A stretch of DNA of 64,000 bases from a virus. A program made the position numbers and the translations under genes. The notes beneath the pieces were generated by a model. The model was not told where the DNA came from, made no database searches, and saw nothing but the letters and a program-made list of their open reading frames with translations. The stretch lies in IMG/VR virus record IMGVR_UViG_2918486186_000008, positions 892-64,891 of that record; one strand, written 5' to 3'. Below are positions 26,810 through 36,614 of the stretch, piece by piece. Numbering within the stretch: the stretch's first letter is position 1; each line of letters opens with the position of its first letter.

Positions 26810-27376
26810 TTATGAAGCTCGGCGCATAAGTGACAGGGAACGGCGAAATTCGTCGGTGAGCACCCCGGCTTCGGCCACCGCGATGGCGTCGGCGAGGTGT
26901 TCGTTGTCGGCGACCAGCGGCCCGTCCGCCTTGCCTCGGGCCCGGAGCCAGGTCGGGTGCGGATACTTGGCGAAGGCCCACTCGATGATCTCGGCCTTGG
27001 TGGCGTTCTTGCCGAGCCCCGTGGCCTCCTTGGTCTCGAGCGGCATCACCTGCGTGATCGGGATCGGGGCCGCGGCCAGGATGCCGACGACGATGCCGAA
27101 GGCGTTGGCCGAGTTCGCGTCCTGCGCGCCCGAGGGCACCTCGGAGAAGATCGCGTTCACGCCCTGCGCCATCTTGAGGAAGGCCCGGGACAGGGTCTCG
27201 GCCCGCTCCAGCTTGTCCGAGGACACCCGGACGCGCTTCTCCGTGGTCTTCTTCGTCTTCACGAGCACCAGCTCCTGGAGCTCGAGCTCCAGCGTGTCGG
27301 TGTCGAGCAGCATCCGGGCCATGCCCCAGGACGTGAAGCTCGGGTCGTTCGTCAGGATCGGGATCTTCATGCTCAC
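26810..27376 (-). CDS. ruvC: RuvC-like Holliday junction resolvase
   Basis: ILTNDPSFTSWG, IFSEVP, ATKAEII and NEHLADAIAVA motifs. Confidence 0.85.
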   Translation of the reverse strand: MSMKIPILTNDPSFTSWGMARMLLDTDTLELELQELVLVKTKKTTEKRVRVSSDKLERAETLSRAFLKMAQGVNAIFSEVPSGAQDANSANAFGIVVGILAAAPIPITQVMPLETKEATGLGKNATKAEIIEWAFAKYPHPTWLRARGKADGPLVADNEHLADAIAVAEAGVLTDEFRRSLSLMRRAS

Positions 27377-27415
27377 ATGCCCACGCGGGGCCTCCGTTGG
27401 TGGAAGGGGAGGGGG

Positions 27416-27940
27416 CTACCAAGTCCCCCAGTCGTCGTTGTCGGCGTAGGCGAGCGCCGCGTCCCGCTCGGCCTCGGCCAGGCGGTTCGCCTTGATGCGT
27501 CCCAGCAGCGGCTCGACCTCGCGCCGGAAGATGACGATCGCGCCGTTGAACGAGTGACCCGAGGAGATGAACGGGGCGTCGAGCCCGTCAGCGCCAGCCT
27601 CGTCCAGCAGCAGGTTGAAGTAGCCGCCGAGGTGATCGACCAGGTGCTTATCGAGCGCCTCGAACTGCGTGACCTTGTTGCTCTCCAGCTCAATCGCCTC
27701 GTAGTCGACCGCGTCCATCGGGGTCAGCTTGAGGATGACCGGCTGCCGGTTCCCGATCCGGGCGCCGGCGAGCAAGAACTCCTCGGTGCCCTTGAGCTTG
27801 ATCGTCTTGAAGGGCGGCGAGCGGTCCGGGTAGATGGCCGCGACAGCCATCGGCGCCGGGATCTGGATGATCCGGCCGTCGCAGGCGTTGGCGATGGCCT
27901 TGAGCAGATGGCCATCGGTCGTATCGGGTTGCTGAGACAT
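27416..27940 (-). CDS. hypothetical protein
   Basis: 174-aa ORF behind the operator/promoter at 27953-27996. Confidence 0.7.
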   Translation of the reverse strand: MSQQPDTTDGHLLKAIANACDGRIIQIPAPMAVAAIYPDRSPPFKTIKLKGTEEFLLAGARIGNRQPVILKLTPMDAVDYEAIELESNKVTQFEALDKHLVDHLGGYFNLLLDEAGADGLDAPFISSGHSFNGAIVIFRREVEPLLGRIKANRLAEAERDAALAYADNDDWGTW

Positions 27941-28146
27941 CTCCGATCCGTGAAGTAAGTGCTGACATACACTCTATAGCGCTTGATGCCCGGTCTTTGA
28001 TGAAGAAATGCGAGGCTGATCCGAGGCTCTGACTGCGATCCTGCCGATCTGAGGGCGTCTGAGCCCTAACTTCCTCATCTAGCAAGGTTATGCTAACGTG
28101 AACGGATCCGGAACGGATGCGCGGCTTGTGGGACTCAGAGCGCCGG

Positions 28147-28965
28147 ATGGCCAAAAATTCTCGTATCGAATGGACCACACACACCTTCAACCCATGGTGG
28201 GGATGTGTGAAAATGTCTCCAGCGTGCAAGCATTGCTATGCAGAGGCTTGGGCGAAGCGATTAGGGGCCGGTGTCTGGGGTATAGAAACACCGCGCCGAT
28301 TTTTTGGAGATAAGCACTGGGACGAGCCGCTTAGGTGGAACGCCGAAGCTTTGCGGACCGGAGTCCGAGCTCGCGTTTTCTGCGCCTCGATGGCGGACGT
28401 ATTTGAGGATCGAGACGATCTAGATGCCTGGCGCGAACGACTGTGGCGGCTGATTGAAGCAACACCAAGTCTGAACTGGTTGCTACTAACTAAGCGACCC
28501 GATCTGGTGCTTAAAAAAGTTCCGTGGGCTAGCGAATGGCCATCTCATGTTTGGCTTGGGACTACTGTCGAAAACCAAACCTGGGCTGACAAGCGGATGC
28601 CTGAGCTCGCAAAAATTCCGGCGGCAGTGCGGTTTATTTCTGCTGAGCCGCTACTCGGACCGCTAGATCTGACGGCTTGGAAAGATAGCATCGATTGGGT
28701 GATAACTGGCGGCGAAAGTGGGCCACACGCGCGGCCCTCTAGCCCGTCATGGTTTAGGGACCTGATGAATCTCTGCATGGCGGCAGATATTCCATTTCAT
28801 TTCAAACAGTGGGGTGACTGGGCCCCAGGTCAGGGTATCAGTTTGGCGCGGGTGCGTAGCGCGCGTGCCGATGATGGGACTACTATGTTGAGAGTAGGCA
28901 AAAAGGTCGCTGGCCGAACGTTGGAAGGTCAAACATGGGACGGCCTTCCTCGCGCAGTAGCATAG
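28147..28965 (+). CDS. DUF5131 (phage Gp37/Gp68, three-Cys-motif radical-SAM-like) protein
   Basis: IEWTTHTFNPWWGCVKMSPACKHCYA, VFCASMADVF, LLTKRP, ISAEPLLG, WVITGGESG and FHFKQWG. Confidence 0.93.
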   Translation: MAKNSRIEWTTHTFNPWWGCVKMSPACKHCYAEAWAKRLGAGVWGIETPRRFFGDKHWDEPLRWNAEALRTGVRARVFCASMADVFEDRDDLDAWRERLWRLIEATPSLNWLLLTKRPDLVLKKVPWASEWPSHVWLGTTVENQTWADKRMPELAKIPAAVRFISAEPLLGPLDLTAWKDSIDWVITGGESGPHARPSSPSWFRDLMNLCMAADIPFHFKQWGDWAPGQGISLARVRSARADDGTTMLRVGKKVAGRTLEGQTWDGLPRAVA

Positions 28966-28989
28966 CTAGAGCGGCAGCAATTTTCAGCA

Positions 28990-29559
28990 ATGCCCTTGAT
29001 TGTCAGCTATCCCAGCGAACGTGGGAACACCGTTCCTTATCCGCCGTTGTTTGATGATGTGCGCCGCAATCACGGGTTTACGGATCTTCGTGGCAAGCCA
29101 GAACAAATTAATCGAATTCCGGAGGCGTTAGAAAGCCAAGGATTGCGCGAAATCCTGGCGATGCTTGCCAGCGAAGCTTCGCAATTGATGAGCGTTGGGT
29201 GCGATCTTGGTTCTCATAAGCGCGGCGGTGAGAGATTAAGCCGTCGACATTGGGCAGGGGGGTATATCCAAATCGCACAACTCCCGCTTGCACCACCGAA
29301 CCGAGCCGGATTGTTTGCTATCGCGAAGACGGCGGAATCAAAACTAAGAGCACAGGCAGGTCAAGATACGTGGAAAGTAGCTTTTGCGCTGTGCCCCACT
29401 CATTTTAAATTTCAAGAATTACTGGAAACCGAAACGCTTTGGATTTGGTTCGATGCGGCAGCTTCGGGGCATGAAAAAGCGCTTCTTGCACGGGAGCGCC
29501 TCCTCTCCACACTTAAGGAGGGACTCACGATTTCGGACAAACAAAGTTCTGATTGCTAA
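28990..29559 (+). CDS. hypothetical protein
   Basis: 189-aa low-GC ORF between DUF5131 and TcmP. Confidence 0.6.
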   Translation: MPLIVSYPSERGNTVPYPPLFDDVRRNHGFTDLRGKPEQINRIPEALESQGLREILAMLASEASQLMSVGCDLGSHKRGGERLSRRHWAGGYIQIAQLPLAPPNRAGLFAIAKTAESKLRAQAGQDTWKVAFALCPTHFKFQELLETETLWIWFDAAASGHEKALLARERLLSTLKEGLTISDKQSSDC

Positions 29560-30833
29560 ATATTTCGCGGTCGATACAGAGTTCTTAGAAAGTTCTGCTG
29601 TTTCTTTGCGCGAACACGGTCAAGATTGCTGAGTTTTGTCGCTCGTGGGCGTAGGCGGCCCTCTGAGTCAAATATTTCTATCTCGTTATATTCGTCTCGG
29701 AGGCGCACGACGGCTTCGGAGACTAAGCTCATCGTTAGCGGCGTTTCGTTGCAGTGTGCAACGAAAAGTTCAGAGAGCGACACGGGCGTGCTGTCTCCTG
29801 CAGAACCGTCGTTGATCATCCGGGGAAGTTGCTCGACGGCAGCGTTAACAGAGTCGATCCGTGCATTTGTGCCAAAATCGAATTCCAAACTGAGCTGATT
29901 ATTGTCTATACTTGGATCGTATCCTAGGGCATTGAATCCAGATTTACCCGGGTGCGAAAAAGTATTGGATAAATCCCAATGTCGACGCGCCATCTCATCC
30001 CGAGCGCGGGCATGCATAGATAGATGTATCAGCCAATAAGACCATCGGCTCTGCGGCGATCTTATAAAAAACGGGGTATAAAAGGCGGCACCGGTGCGAT
30101 CTATGATGTGTTTATACAGAAATCCTTGAATCACCGCTCTCTGTGCTCTCTCTGTGCGCATGTCCTTGAGAGCTTCACCCAGCAAAGGGCTTAGTTCGAT
30201 ACGCTGACCAGCTCGCATTTTTGAAGTCTGATCGGTCAGATAGTTGATGAGCGTGTCGACGGAAAAGGTGATCAATACCTCTGGATTGGCGAGTTCTCTG
30301 AATAACCCGCGCACCGTTTCGAACGAAACTGCGCTCCACCCATATTGATCCAGAAAAAACAGAGACCTTTGACTGCGCCCCTTAGCTTTGATTGCCGCGA
30401 CAATTTCAGGGGCTTTTTCATCAAAATCACCCGTGATTATATGTATATCTCGGCCTATGCGCTCTGAGAACTCAGATTTTTGGATCTCTTCCATCAGGAA
30501 AGCGGTGTGATTTACTTTTCTATCCACGAAATAGAAATCGCAATGAATAGTAAATCCGTGCTGTCTGGCGTTGGCAAGTTCGATCTCTGCTGCTTTGACT
30601 GCTCGAAGTAAAATTAGTGGCGACCCGGCGGTGACCGTTCCGTTTAAATCATAAGCGCCGCCGCCGCAAAAACCATCGACTATTGTTAGCCGCAGTTCCG
30701 TTTTCTGGAGCATCGGCGACAATATGTGCAGATATTTGCGGGTATAATCTGCAAAAACCTGATGCTTGGCCAAGCTGTGTGCGCCAAGTTTTGGTAGTGG
30801 TTGACCGACCTTCCAGCCATAATGACTGCTCAT
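29556..30833 (-). CDS. tcmP: three-Cys-motif partner protein (methyltransferase-fold, C-terminal wHTH)
   Basis: HSLAKH, IVDGFCGGG, GSPL and FFLDQYGW motifs; neighbours DUF5131. Confidence 0.85.
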   Translation of the reverse strand: MSSHYGWKVGQPLPKLGAHSLAKHQVFADYTRKYLHILSPMLQKTELRLTIVDGFCGGGAYDLNGTVTAGSPLILLRAVKAAEIELANARQHGFTIHCDFYFVDRKVNHTAFLMEEIQKSEFSERIGRDIHIITGDFDEKAPEIVAAIKAKGRSQRSLFFLDQYGWSAVSFETVRGLFRELANPEVLITFSVDTLINYLTDQTSKMRAGQRIELSPLLGEALKDMRTERAQRAVIQGFLYKHIIDRTGAAFYTPFFIRSPQSRWSYWLIHLSMHARARDEMARRHWDLSNTFSHPGKSGFNALGYDPSIDNNQLSLEFDFGTNARIDSVNAAVEQLPRMINDGSAGDSTPVSLSELFVAHCNETPLTMSLVSEAVVRLRDEYNEIEIFDSEGRLRPRATKLSNLDRVRAKKQQNFLRTLYRPRNI

Positions 30834-30951
30834 GCGCTATGCCTGCTACGCTGCGTCTTGGGTTGCCTGAAATGGGATCTGACGGCAATTCGCCACCTTA
30901 GCTGACATAGCTAAGGTATTTAAGCCCCGCGCTAACCAACTTTCTTGTTGC

Positions 30952-32892
30952 TCAGGCGAAAATCTCCTCGATGGTGGACGTCCCGCGCCCGGTCTTCGTG
31001 ACCTTCATCACCTGTGGCACCCAATCCTTCAGGTCGCTGTGGCTGATAATGAAGACGGTTCCGCGCTCGCGGGCCTTCTCCTGAAGGATCATGGTGAGCC
31101 TCTCGACGCCGGCTGGATCGAGGGCGTTGTCGATCTCGTCGCCCACGAATAGCGGGATCGGCTTCGAGGCCCGGGACGCGACCAGGTCCTGGAGCGCGAG
31201 AGCTGCCGCGATGCGGACCTTGCGCTGCTCGCCGCCCGAGATCGCCGCGAACCGGGTCCCGCCCAGCGCGTGGTCCACCTCGATGGCGAACTTCTCCTTC
31301 AGCTCGCCGGCCTTGTTGCGGGTGAGCGTCGACCAGGTCGCCTGGATGTTGCCGTCCGAGAGCGTTCCCAGATACTTCGCCGTCTGGGCGTTGAGGTAGG
31401 GCGTCACCTCGTCGAGCATCTCGGCCCGGGCGCCGGCCGGCGCGAACACCTTGCAGACCTCCTCGGCGATCTCGCACTCGCTGATCGCCGCCGCGTGCTT
31501 CTTCTGGGCCTCGAGCACGGCCGTCTCGCACTCGACGACCCGCGCCTCTGCCCGGGCCTTCGACGCCGCGTGCGGGTTGGGCTTCGCCATGAGCGCCTTG
31601 ATCCGGTCGGACTCCTGGCGCGCCTGTGCGGCCTGGGCGTCGATGCGGTCGGCCTCCCGGTCGTAGGCCGCGATGGATGCGCGTAGCTGAGCGCTGAGCG
31701 TGTTCGTCGCGCTCGCGTCAGTCATGCTCGCGCGATGCGTTTCCAGCGCTGTGCGCGCGACTGTGAGCGCTTCTGATGCGCTCGCGTGATCGCGCTTCAC
31801 GTCGCGCAGCGTCAGCAGCTCAGCGCGCAGGTCGGCCGCGGCCTTCTCCTTGGCCGGGGCGATGTCGTCGGCCGTGTAGGGCTTGGCGCAGGTGCCGCAC
31901 GGGCAGCCGACCTGGTGATCCATCTCGTCGTGCGCCGCCTTGAGCCGGCGCGCCCGGGCCGAGATCGTCTCGATGGAGTGCTGATGCGCGTCCACCAGGC
32001 GCTGGGCCTGGGCGAGCTCCTGCACCAGCCGGCGCTCCTCGGTCTGCTCGCCGGCCAGGCCGTTGAGCCGGGCGAAGGCGTCGGCGAGCTGCGCCCCCAG
32101 GGCCGCCTTGTCGGTCTTGGTGAGCTCGGCCCGGGCCGCCTTCACCTCCGCGACGATCGTGCGGACTTTGTCGGTCATCTGGGCGATTTCGAGCTTACGC
32201 GCATGCTCCCATTCGGTCAGCTCACCGTCGCACGCCACCACCTGGGCACGCGCGCCGTCGAGCAGCGAGCCGGCGCCGGTCAGCACGAGGTTCGCCGACG
32301 CGCAGGCGGTCTCCGCTCCCCGGAACTGGGTCAGGGCGACCTTGTGGCCCTTCTCCAGCACGGTCGTGCCGGCGGCCTCCTCGACGATCACCTTCAGGTT
32401 CTTGTCGGTCATGCCGGGCAGGTCCGGCATCTGGTCCTGACCCGCGAGAACGGCCGAGATGAACACCTCGCGCGAGGCGCCGAGGATCTCGATCACCAGG
32501 GCCTGCGTGAGCTTGTCGGTGCCCTTCGTCAGGTCGTGGGTGTCGCCGGCCGCGTCGAGCAGCAGGACGCGCAGGGCGTTCTTGCCGGCCTTGTGCTTGC
32601 GGTGCCGGGCGATCGTGTAGGTGAGGTCGCCTTCCTGGATCCGGGTCGCGACCCGGGTGCCCTTCTTGGCAGCCCAGTTGATGACGTCGTCGCCCGAGAT
32701 GCCACGGCTGGTCTCGCCGTAGAGGCACCAGAAGACGGCGTCGGCGAAGGAGCTCTTGCCGGCGCCGTTGGAGTCGGCCGACGTGTCGGCCTGGTTCTCG
32801 CCCTGCACGAGCACCAAGCCCCGGTCGGACATGCCGACCCGGGCGCTCGCCAGGGTGAGGAAGTTCTCGATCTCGACGTCGAGGATTTTCAT
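30952..32892 (-). CDS. SbcC/Rad50 (gp46-like) ABC ATPase
   Basis: SNGAGKSS Walker A, coiled coil with CPCGTC zinc hook, ISGGE signature, VGDEID Walker B. Confidence 0.93.
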   Translation of the reverse strand: MKILDVEIENFLTLASARVGMSDRGLVLVQGENQADTSADSNGAGKSSFADAVFWCLYGETSRGISGDDVINWAAKKGTRVATRIQEGDLTYTIARHRKHKAGKNALRVLLLDAAGDTHDLTKGTDKLTQALVIEILGASREVFISAVLAGQDQMPDLPGMTDKNLKVIVEEAAGTTVLEKGHKVALTQFRGAETACASANLVLTGAGSLLDGARAQVVACDGELTEWEHARKLEIAQMTDKVRTIVAEVKAARAELTKTDKAALGAQLADAFARLNGLAGEQTEERRLVQELAQAQRLVDAHQHSIETISARARRLKAAHDEMDHQVGCPCGTCAKPYTADDIAPAKEKAAADLRAELLTLRDVKRDHASASEALTVARTALETHRASMTDASATNTLSAQLRASIAAYDREADRIDAQAAQARQESDRIKALMAKPNPHAASKARAEARVVECETAVLEAQKKHAAAISECEIAEEVCKVFAPAGARAEMLDEVTPYLNAQTAKYLGTLSDGNIQATWSTLTRNKAGELKEKFAIEVDHALGGTRFAAISGGEQRKVRIAAALALQDLVASRASKPIPLFVGDEIDNALDPAGVERLTMILQEKARERGTVFIISHSDLKDWVPQVMKVTKTGRGTSTIEEIFA

Positions 32893-33212
32893 GAGGCCGC
32901 CCTCGGGTGCGCGACGGGGATCAGGAGGTGCTGGAAGTCGCGGGTGTCGATGCGCAGGGTTGCCGCGCCATGACCGTTGCTGAGCTGGTGCTTCTTCCAG
33001 AGCGCGATCATCCGCTCAGCCTGGACCGCGAGCGCCGGCTCGCCCTGGCCGAGCTCCGTGTCGAGCTCGTAGCCGAGGGAGAAGCGGACGCGCCCGATCA
33101 GGTCTGCGATGGCAGCCTCGGCGCCCAGGTGGACGACGGACTCGACGCCAATCCATCCACGCTCGACGTCGTCGGCCTCGGGCTTGATCGTGAGGTCCGT
33201 GACGAGGAACAT
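32889..33212 (-). CDS. hypothetical protein
   Basis: 107-aa coupled ORF. Confidence 0.6.
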   Translation of the reverse strand: MFLVTDLTIKPEADDVERGWIGVESVVHLGAEAAIADLIGRVRFSLGYELDTELGQGEPALAVQAERMIALWKKHQLSNGHGAATLRIDTRDFQHLLIPVAHPRAAS

Positions 33213-33610
33213 CAGGCTGCCTTCTCGACCATCGCATTGACGATGTCGGCGTAGGAGACGCCGAAGGGGTCGTTCTCGGTCTCGGCGGCCGCCGGCACCT
33301 TGCCGGTGTGGATGGACGTGCCGCGCTCCGGGCTCGGAGCGTAGCCCTCGGGCGCCGTCCCTAAGCCGAACGCCTGCCGGTCGCCTGCGGACGGACGCCG
33401 GCCCTTGTGCGCCACGCTCGGCTCCATCGCCTCGGCCTCGACGCGACGGATTTGGTCGCCCAGCACCCGGCGGTAGTTCGCGACCGTTGAGCCGGGCAGG
33501 CCGCCGATCGTCTCCTCGATCTCGCGCGTGACCTCGCGGGTCGCGCCGCCGGGCAAATAGTCAGTGATGACTTGCTTGCGGACGTAAGTGATCTTGAAAT
33601 ACTGGCTCAT
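33212..33610 (-). CDS. hypothetical protein
   Basis: 132-aa ORF behind the conserved promoter at 33643-33664; operator inside the CDS at 33558-33573. Confidence 0.65.
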   Translation of the reverse strand: MSQYFKITYVRKQVITDYLPGGATREVTREIEETIGGLPGSTVANYRRVLGDQIRRVEAEAMEPSVAHKGRRPSAGDRQAFGLGTAPEGYAPSPERGTSIHTGKVPAAAETENDPFGVSYADIVNAMVEKAA

Positions 33611-33673
33611 TTTGCCCTCGCGCTCGTTGTTGCTCAGACGAATATAGCGAGACGATCTCGGGTTGTTCGCGGC

Positions 33674-34741
33674 TTATTCAGTGGCGGCGCGCACAGCCGA
33701 GATGATCGCCGCGGCCCGGGTCTTCACGGCGTCCATGTGCGGCGAGGCCTGGCGCTCGATGTAGTCGGCCACCGAAGCCTCGAGGCTCTTGGCCTTCACC
33801 GACGACGTCGAGGCCCGGGCGCTCGCGGTCTGCCGCTCCACGTTCATGACGACGCCCTTGGCGCCGAGCCGGATCAGCTCCTCGCGCAGATTGACCTCGT
33901 CGGCCTCGGAGAGCTTGAGCCCGCGCACCCGGACGTAGTTGCCGTCGACCACGTTCGGGATCTCGTCCGGGTCGGTCTCGTCTGAGACCTCGACGAACTC
34001 GGGCGCCCGGCTGGCGCGGTAGGCGACGCCGGCATCGTCCACCAGCAGGAAGCCGGCCTTGGTGCCGATGTCGCTGGCCGTCTGGTGCGTCGTCGCGCCG
34101 ATCGACCAGACCTTGCCGTCCTCGAACGAGCAGTGGTGATGGTAGTGGCCGGCGAACACGCGCCGGAAGCCGAGCTTGGCCAGGAAGTCGGGCGTCAGCC
34201 CGTGCGCCGGCATGCCCGACAGGACACCGTCGATGCCCGCGTGCATCACCAGGTCGGTCTGCCCCAGGCTGCCGCGACGCACCGCCTCATCCGCGAGCGC
34301 CTCGAGCACGGCCTTGAGGTCGTCGAGCTTCGGGATCCACGGCACCATCGCCAGCGGCAGGCTGTCCAGGAGCTTCGGCTGCGTGATGATGCCGAAGCCC
34401 TGCGTGCCCTTGAGCGACTGGAAGGCGTTGCCGAGCTCCGTGGTCTCGTTCGACTTGAGGTCGTGGTTGCCCGGGATCGCGACGATGCGGAAGCCGTCGG
34501 CGAGCAGCTCCTTGATCCCCTCCGTGACGGGGTTGAACACCTCCGGGTCGAGCGAGCCGCGGGTGTGGAAGAGGTCGCCGCCGAACACCAGCAGGTCGCC
34601 GCCGACGTCGCGGGTGTCCGCGGCCGCGCGCTTCAGCTCGTCCACGATGATCTGGAGCCGCGAGTTGCGGCCGCACGGCAGCCGGGTCGAGAAGGCCGAC
34701 CAGGCGTGCGCGTGGATGTCGGAGAGGAGGCCGTAAGTCAT
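33674..34741 (-). CDS. SbcD/Mre11 (gp47-like) metallophosphoesterase nuclease
   Basis: SDIH, GGDLFH, PGNHD and GHYH motifs. Confidence 0.92.
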   Translation of the reverse strand: MTYGLLSDIHAHAWSAFSTRLPCGRNSRLQIIVDELKRAAADTRDVGGDLLVFGGDLFHTRGSLDPEVFNPVTEGIKELLADGFRIVAIPGNHDLKSNETTELGNAFQSLKGTQGFGIITQPKLLDSLPLAMVPWIPKLDDLKAVLEALADEAVRRGSLGQTDLVMHAGIDGVLSGMPAHGLTPDFLAKLGFRRVFAGHYHHHCSFEDGKVWSIGATTHQTASDIGTKAGFLLVDDAGVAYRASRAPEFVEVSDETDPDEIPNVVDGNYVRVRGLKLSEADEVNLREELIRLGAKGVVMNVERQTASARASTSSVKAKSLEASVADYIERQASPHMDAVKTRAAAIISAVRAATE

Positions 34742-34897
34742 TGATACGCCAAGGTTGCGCGCGTCATTCGGGCGCTAGTCAGCAAACTATAGCTACTTGA
34801 CGTTGGCTTTTGATCGGAGATGATGCCCCTCAGGCAAAAATTTCATACTACCCTACGGTCGCGGGTAGCCTTCATACGGAAATAATCGGAGTCCAGC

Positions 34898-36613
34898 GTG
34901 GACGTAGTGACTCAAAGTCTGCTGCGCGAATTTGCTGAAAGTCAAAAAATTGAGAAGCAGAACCAGGCATCTCAATTCGAGTCTTTCATTAATTATATCG
35001 TCGTCTCAGACATCTATCCTGAAGAATTTGACTTCAATGTCGTATCAACCGGCGAAGGTGAATTTGGACTAGATGGTATTGCCATCATAGTCAACGACGT
35101 AATTGTTGATGATGAGGAGCAGCTTGACGATATATTAGCTGCTTCTGCGGTGTTGCAAGTTCAGTTTTTGTTCATGCAGTCTAAAAGTAGCTCGTTTTTC
35201 GACTCGGGCGATATGGCGAAATTTTTCCACGCCGTTCTAGATTTTTTCAAAACTGACGCATCATTTGTGCAAAATGAAAAGATCTTGGAGCTGCAGGGTA
35301 TAAAGAACAAAATCTATCAGTTTGCATCGAAGTTCGTGCGAGGCTTGCCGAAGATCAGTCTATACTACGCAACAACTGGCAGTTGGCAAAACGATAAAAA
35401 CTTGTGCGCTATTCGAGATGGGTTTCTCGCTCAGGCTGAAGCGCTGCACATGTTTGCAGGAATAAATTTCACGCCGTTAGACGCATCTCGCGTTCAGAAA
35501 TTGTATTTTAGAACGAAGAATGCCTTCAAGGCGAGTATCAATTTTCCGCAGAGTCTGTCTCTTCCGGACATACCGAACGTCAGGGAGTCGTATATCGGGT
35601 TAATAACGATAGGTGAATATCTCAAAATGATCTGTGACGAGGACGGCTCCGTTCGGCGGCGGCTTTTCTTCGACAACATTAGAGATTTTCAGGGAAATAC
35701 GCCTGTAAATGTATCTATTGCCGAAACCTTGAATTCGGACTCCAGTATCGAATTCCCTCTTCGCAACAATGGTATCACCATTGTTGCGAGAAAACTTCAA
35801 CGCGTCGGGTCACAGTTTACGTTAGAAGATTTTCAAGTTGTAAATGGATGTCAAACTAGCCATGTGATAGCGGCCAATGCAGAGAGTGAGCAGCACTCTA
35901 TAGCCATTCCCGTTAAAATTATAGCCACAGAAGATGAAGAGGTTACCAGGCAGGTTATAATTGCGTCGAACCAGCAGAATAAGGTTGAGCAGGATAGTTT
36001 CTGGGGTCTCGATCCGATCCACAAATCCATTGAGATATTATTTGAATCGAAGTCTGGAGATCAGCGACTATTCTATGAGCGCAGGCCCGGCCAATATAAT
36101 TCAGTTTCGGGAATCGAAAAAGTTCGAATAGTAACTAAGGACTCGTTGTTAAAATTGTATGCGTCAGTTTTTATCGAGTCTCCAAACCAGGTTGGTAGGT
36201 ATTACAAAGATCTCATACCTTTGATCGGCAAAAGTATATTTATTCCTAACGAAGAGATATACTCATATTATACGGCTGCATATATAGGATATAGACTTGA
36301 ATTTATGTTTCGGACCAAAAGGATGCTTCCGGTTTGGAAACCATTCCGCTTCCAAATTGCAATGGCCGCACGTTTTATCTGTGAGCGCATCTGCAATTTA
36401 CATCCTTCAAAAAGGAAGGGGCATGCTTATTGTTCGGCGATAGACAATTTGATGAGCAACGCAGATCTTGCTCAATCGGTATTTGATGAAGCCACGGATG
36501 CTATAATGCTTTCGATAGTCGACCTTAAAGACCAAGATGCCGCGCTGGACCGAAGAACTGCTAAGATGAGAGATATGAGAGATCGGTTGCGGGCGCGAAC
36601 TTCCAAGAAATAA
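34898..36613 (+). CDS. AIPR family protein (abortive infection phage resistance)
   Basis: FFDNIRDFQG, NNGITIVA, QVVNGCQTS and ASNQQNKV motifs; low-GC insert in the opposite orientation. Confidence 0.9.
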   Translation: MDVVTQSLLREFAESQKIEKQNQASQFESFINYIVVSDIYPEEFDFNVVSTGEGEFGLDGIAIIVNDVIVDDEEQLDDILAASAVLQVQFLFMQSKSSSFFDSGDMAKFFHAVLDFFKTDASFVQNEKILELQGIKNKIYQFASKFVRGLPKISLYYATTGSWQNDKNLCAIRDGFLAQAEALHMFAGINFTPLDASRVQKLYFRTKNAFKASINFPQSLSLPDIPNVRESYIGLITIGEYLKMICDEDGSVRRRLFFDNIRDFQGNTPVNVSIAETLNSDSSIEFPLRNNGITIVARKLQRVGSQFTLEDFQVVNGCQTSHVIAANAESEQHSIAIPVKIIATEDEEVTRQVIIASNQQNKVEQDSFWGLDPIHKSIEILFESKSGDQRLFYERRPGQYNSVSGIEKVRIVTKDSLLKLYASVFIESPNQVGRYYKDLIPLIGKSIFIPNEEIYSYYTAAYIGYRLEFMFRTKRMLPVWKPFRFQIAMAARFICERICNLHPSKRKGHAYCSAIDNLMSNADLAQSVFDEATDAIMLSIVDLKDQDAALDRRTAKMRDMRDRLRARTSKK

Positions 36614-36614
36614 T

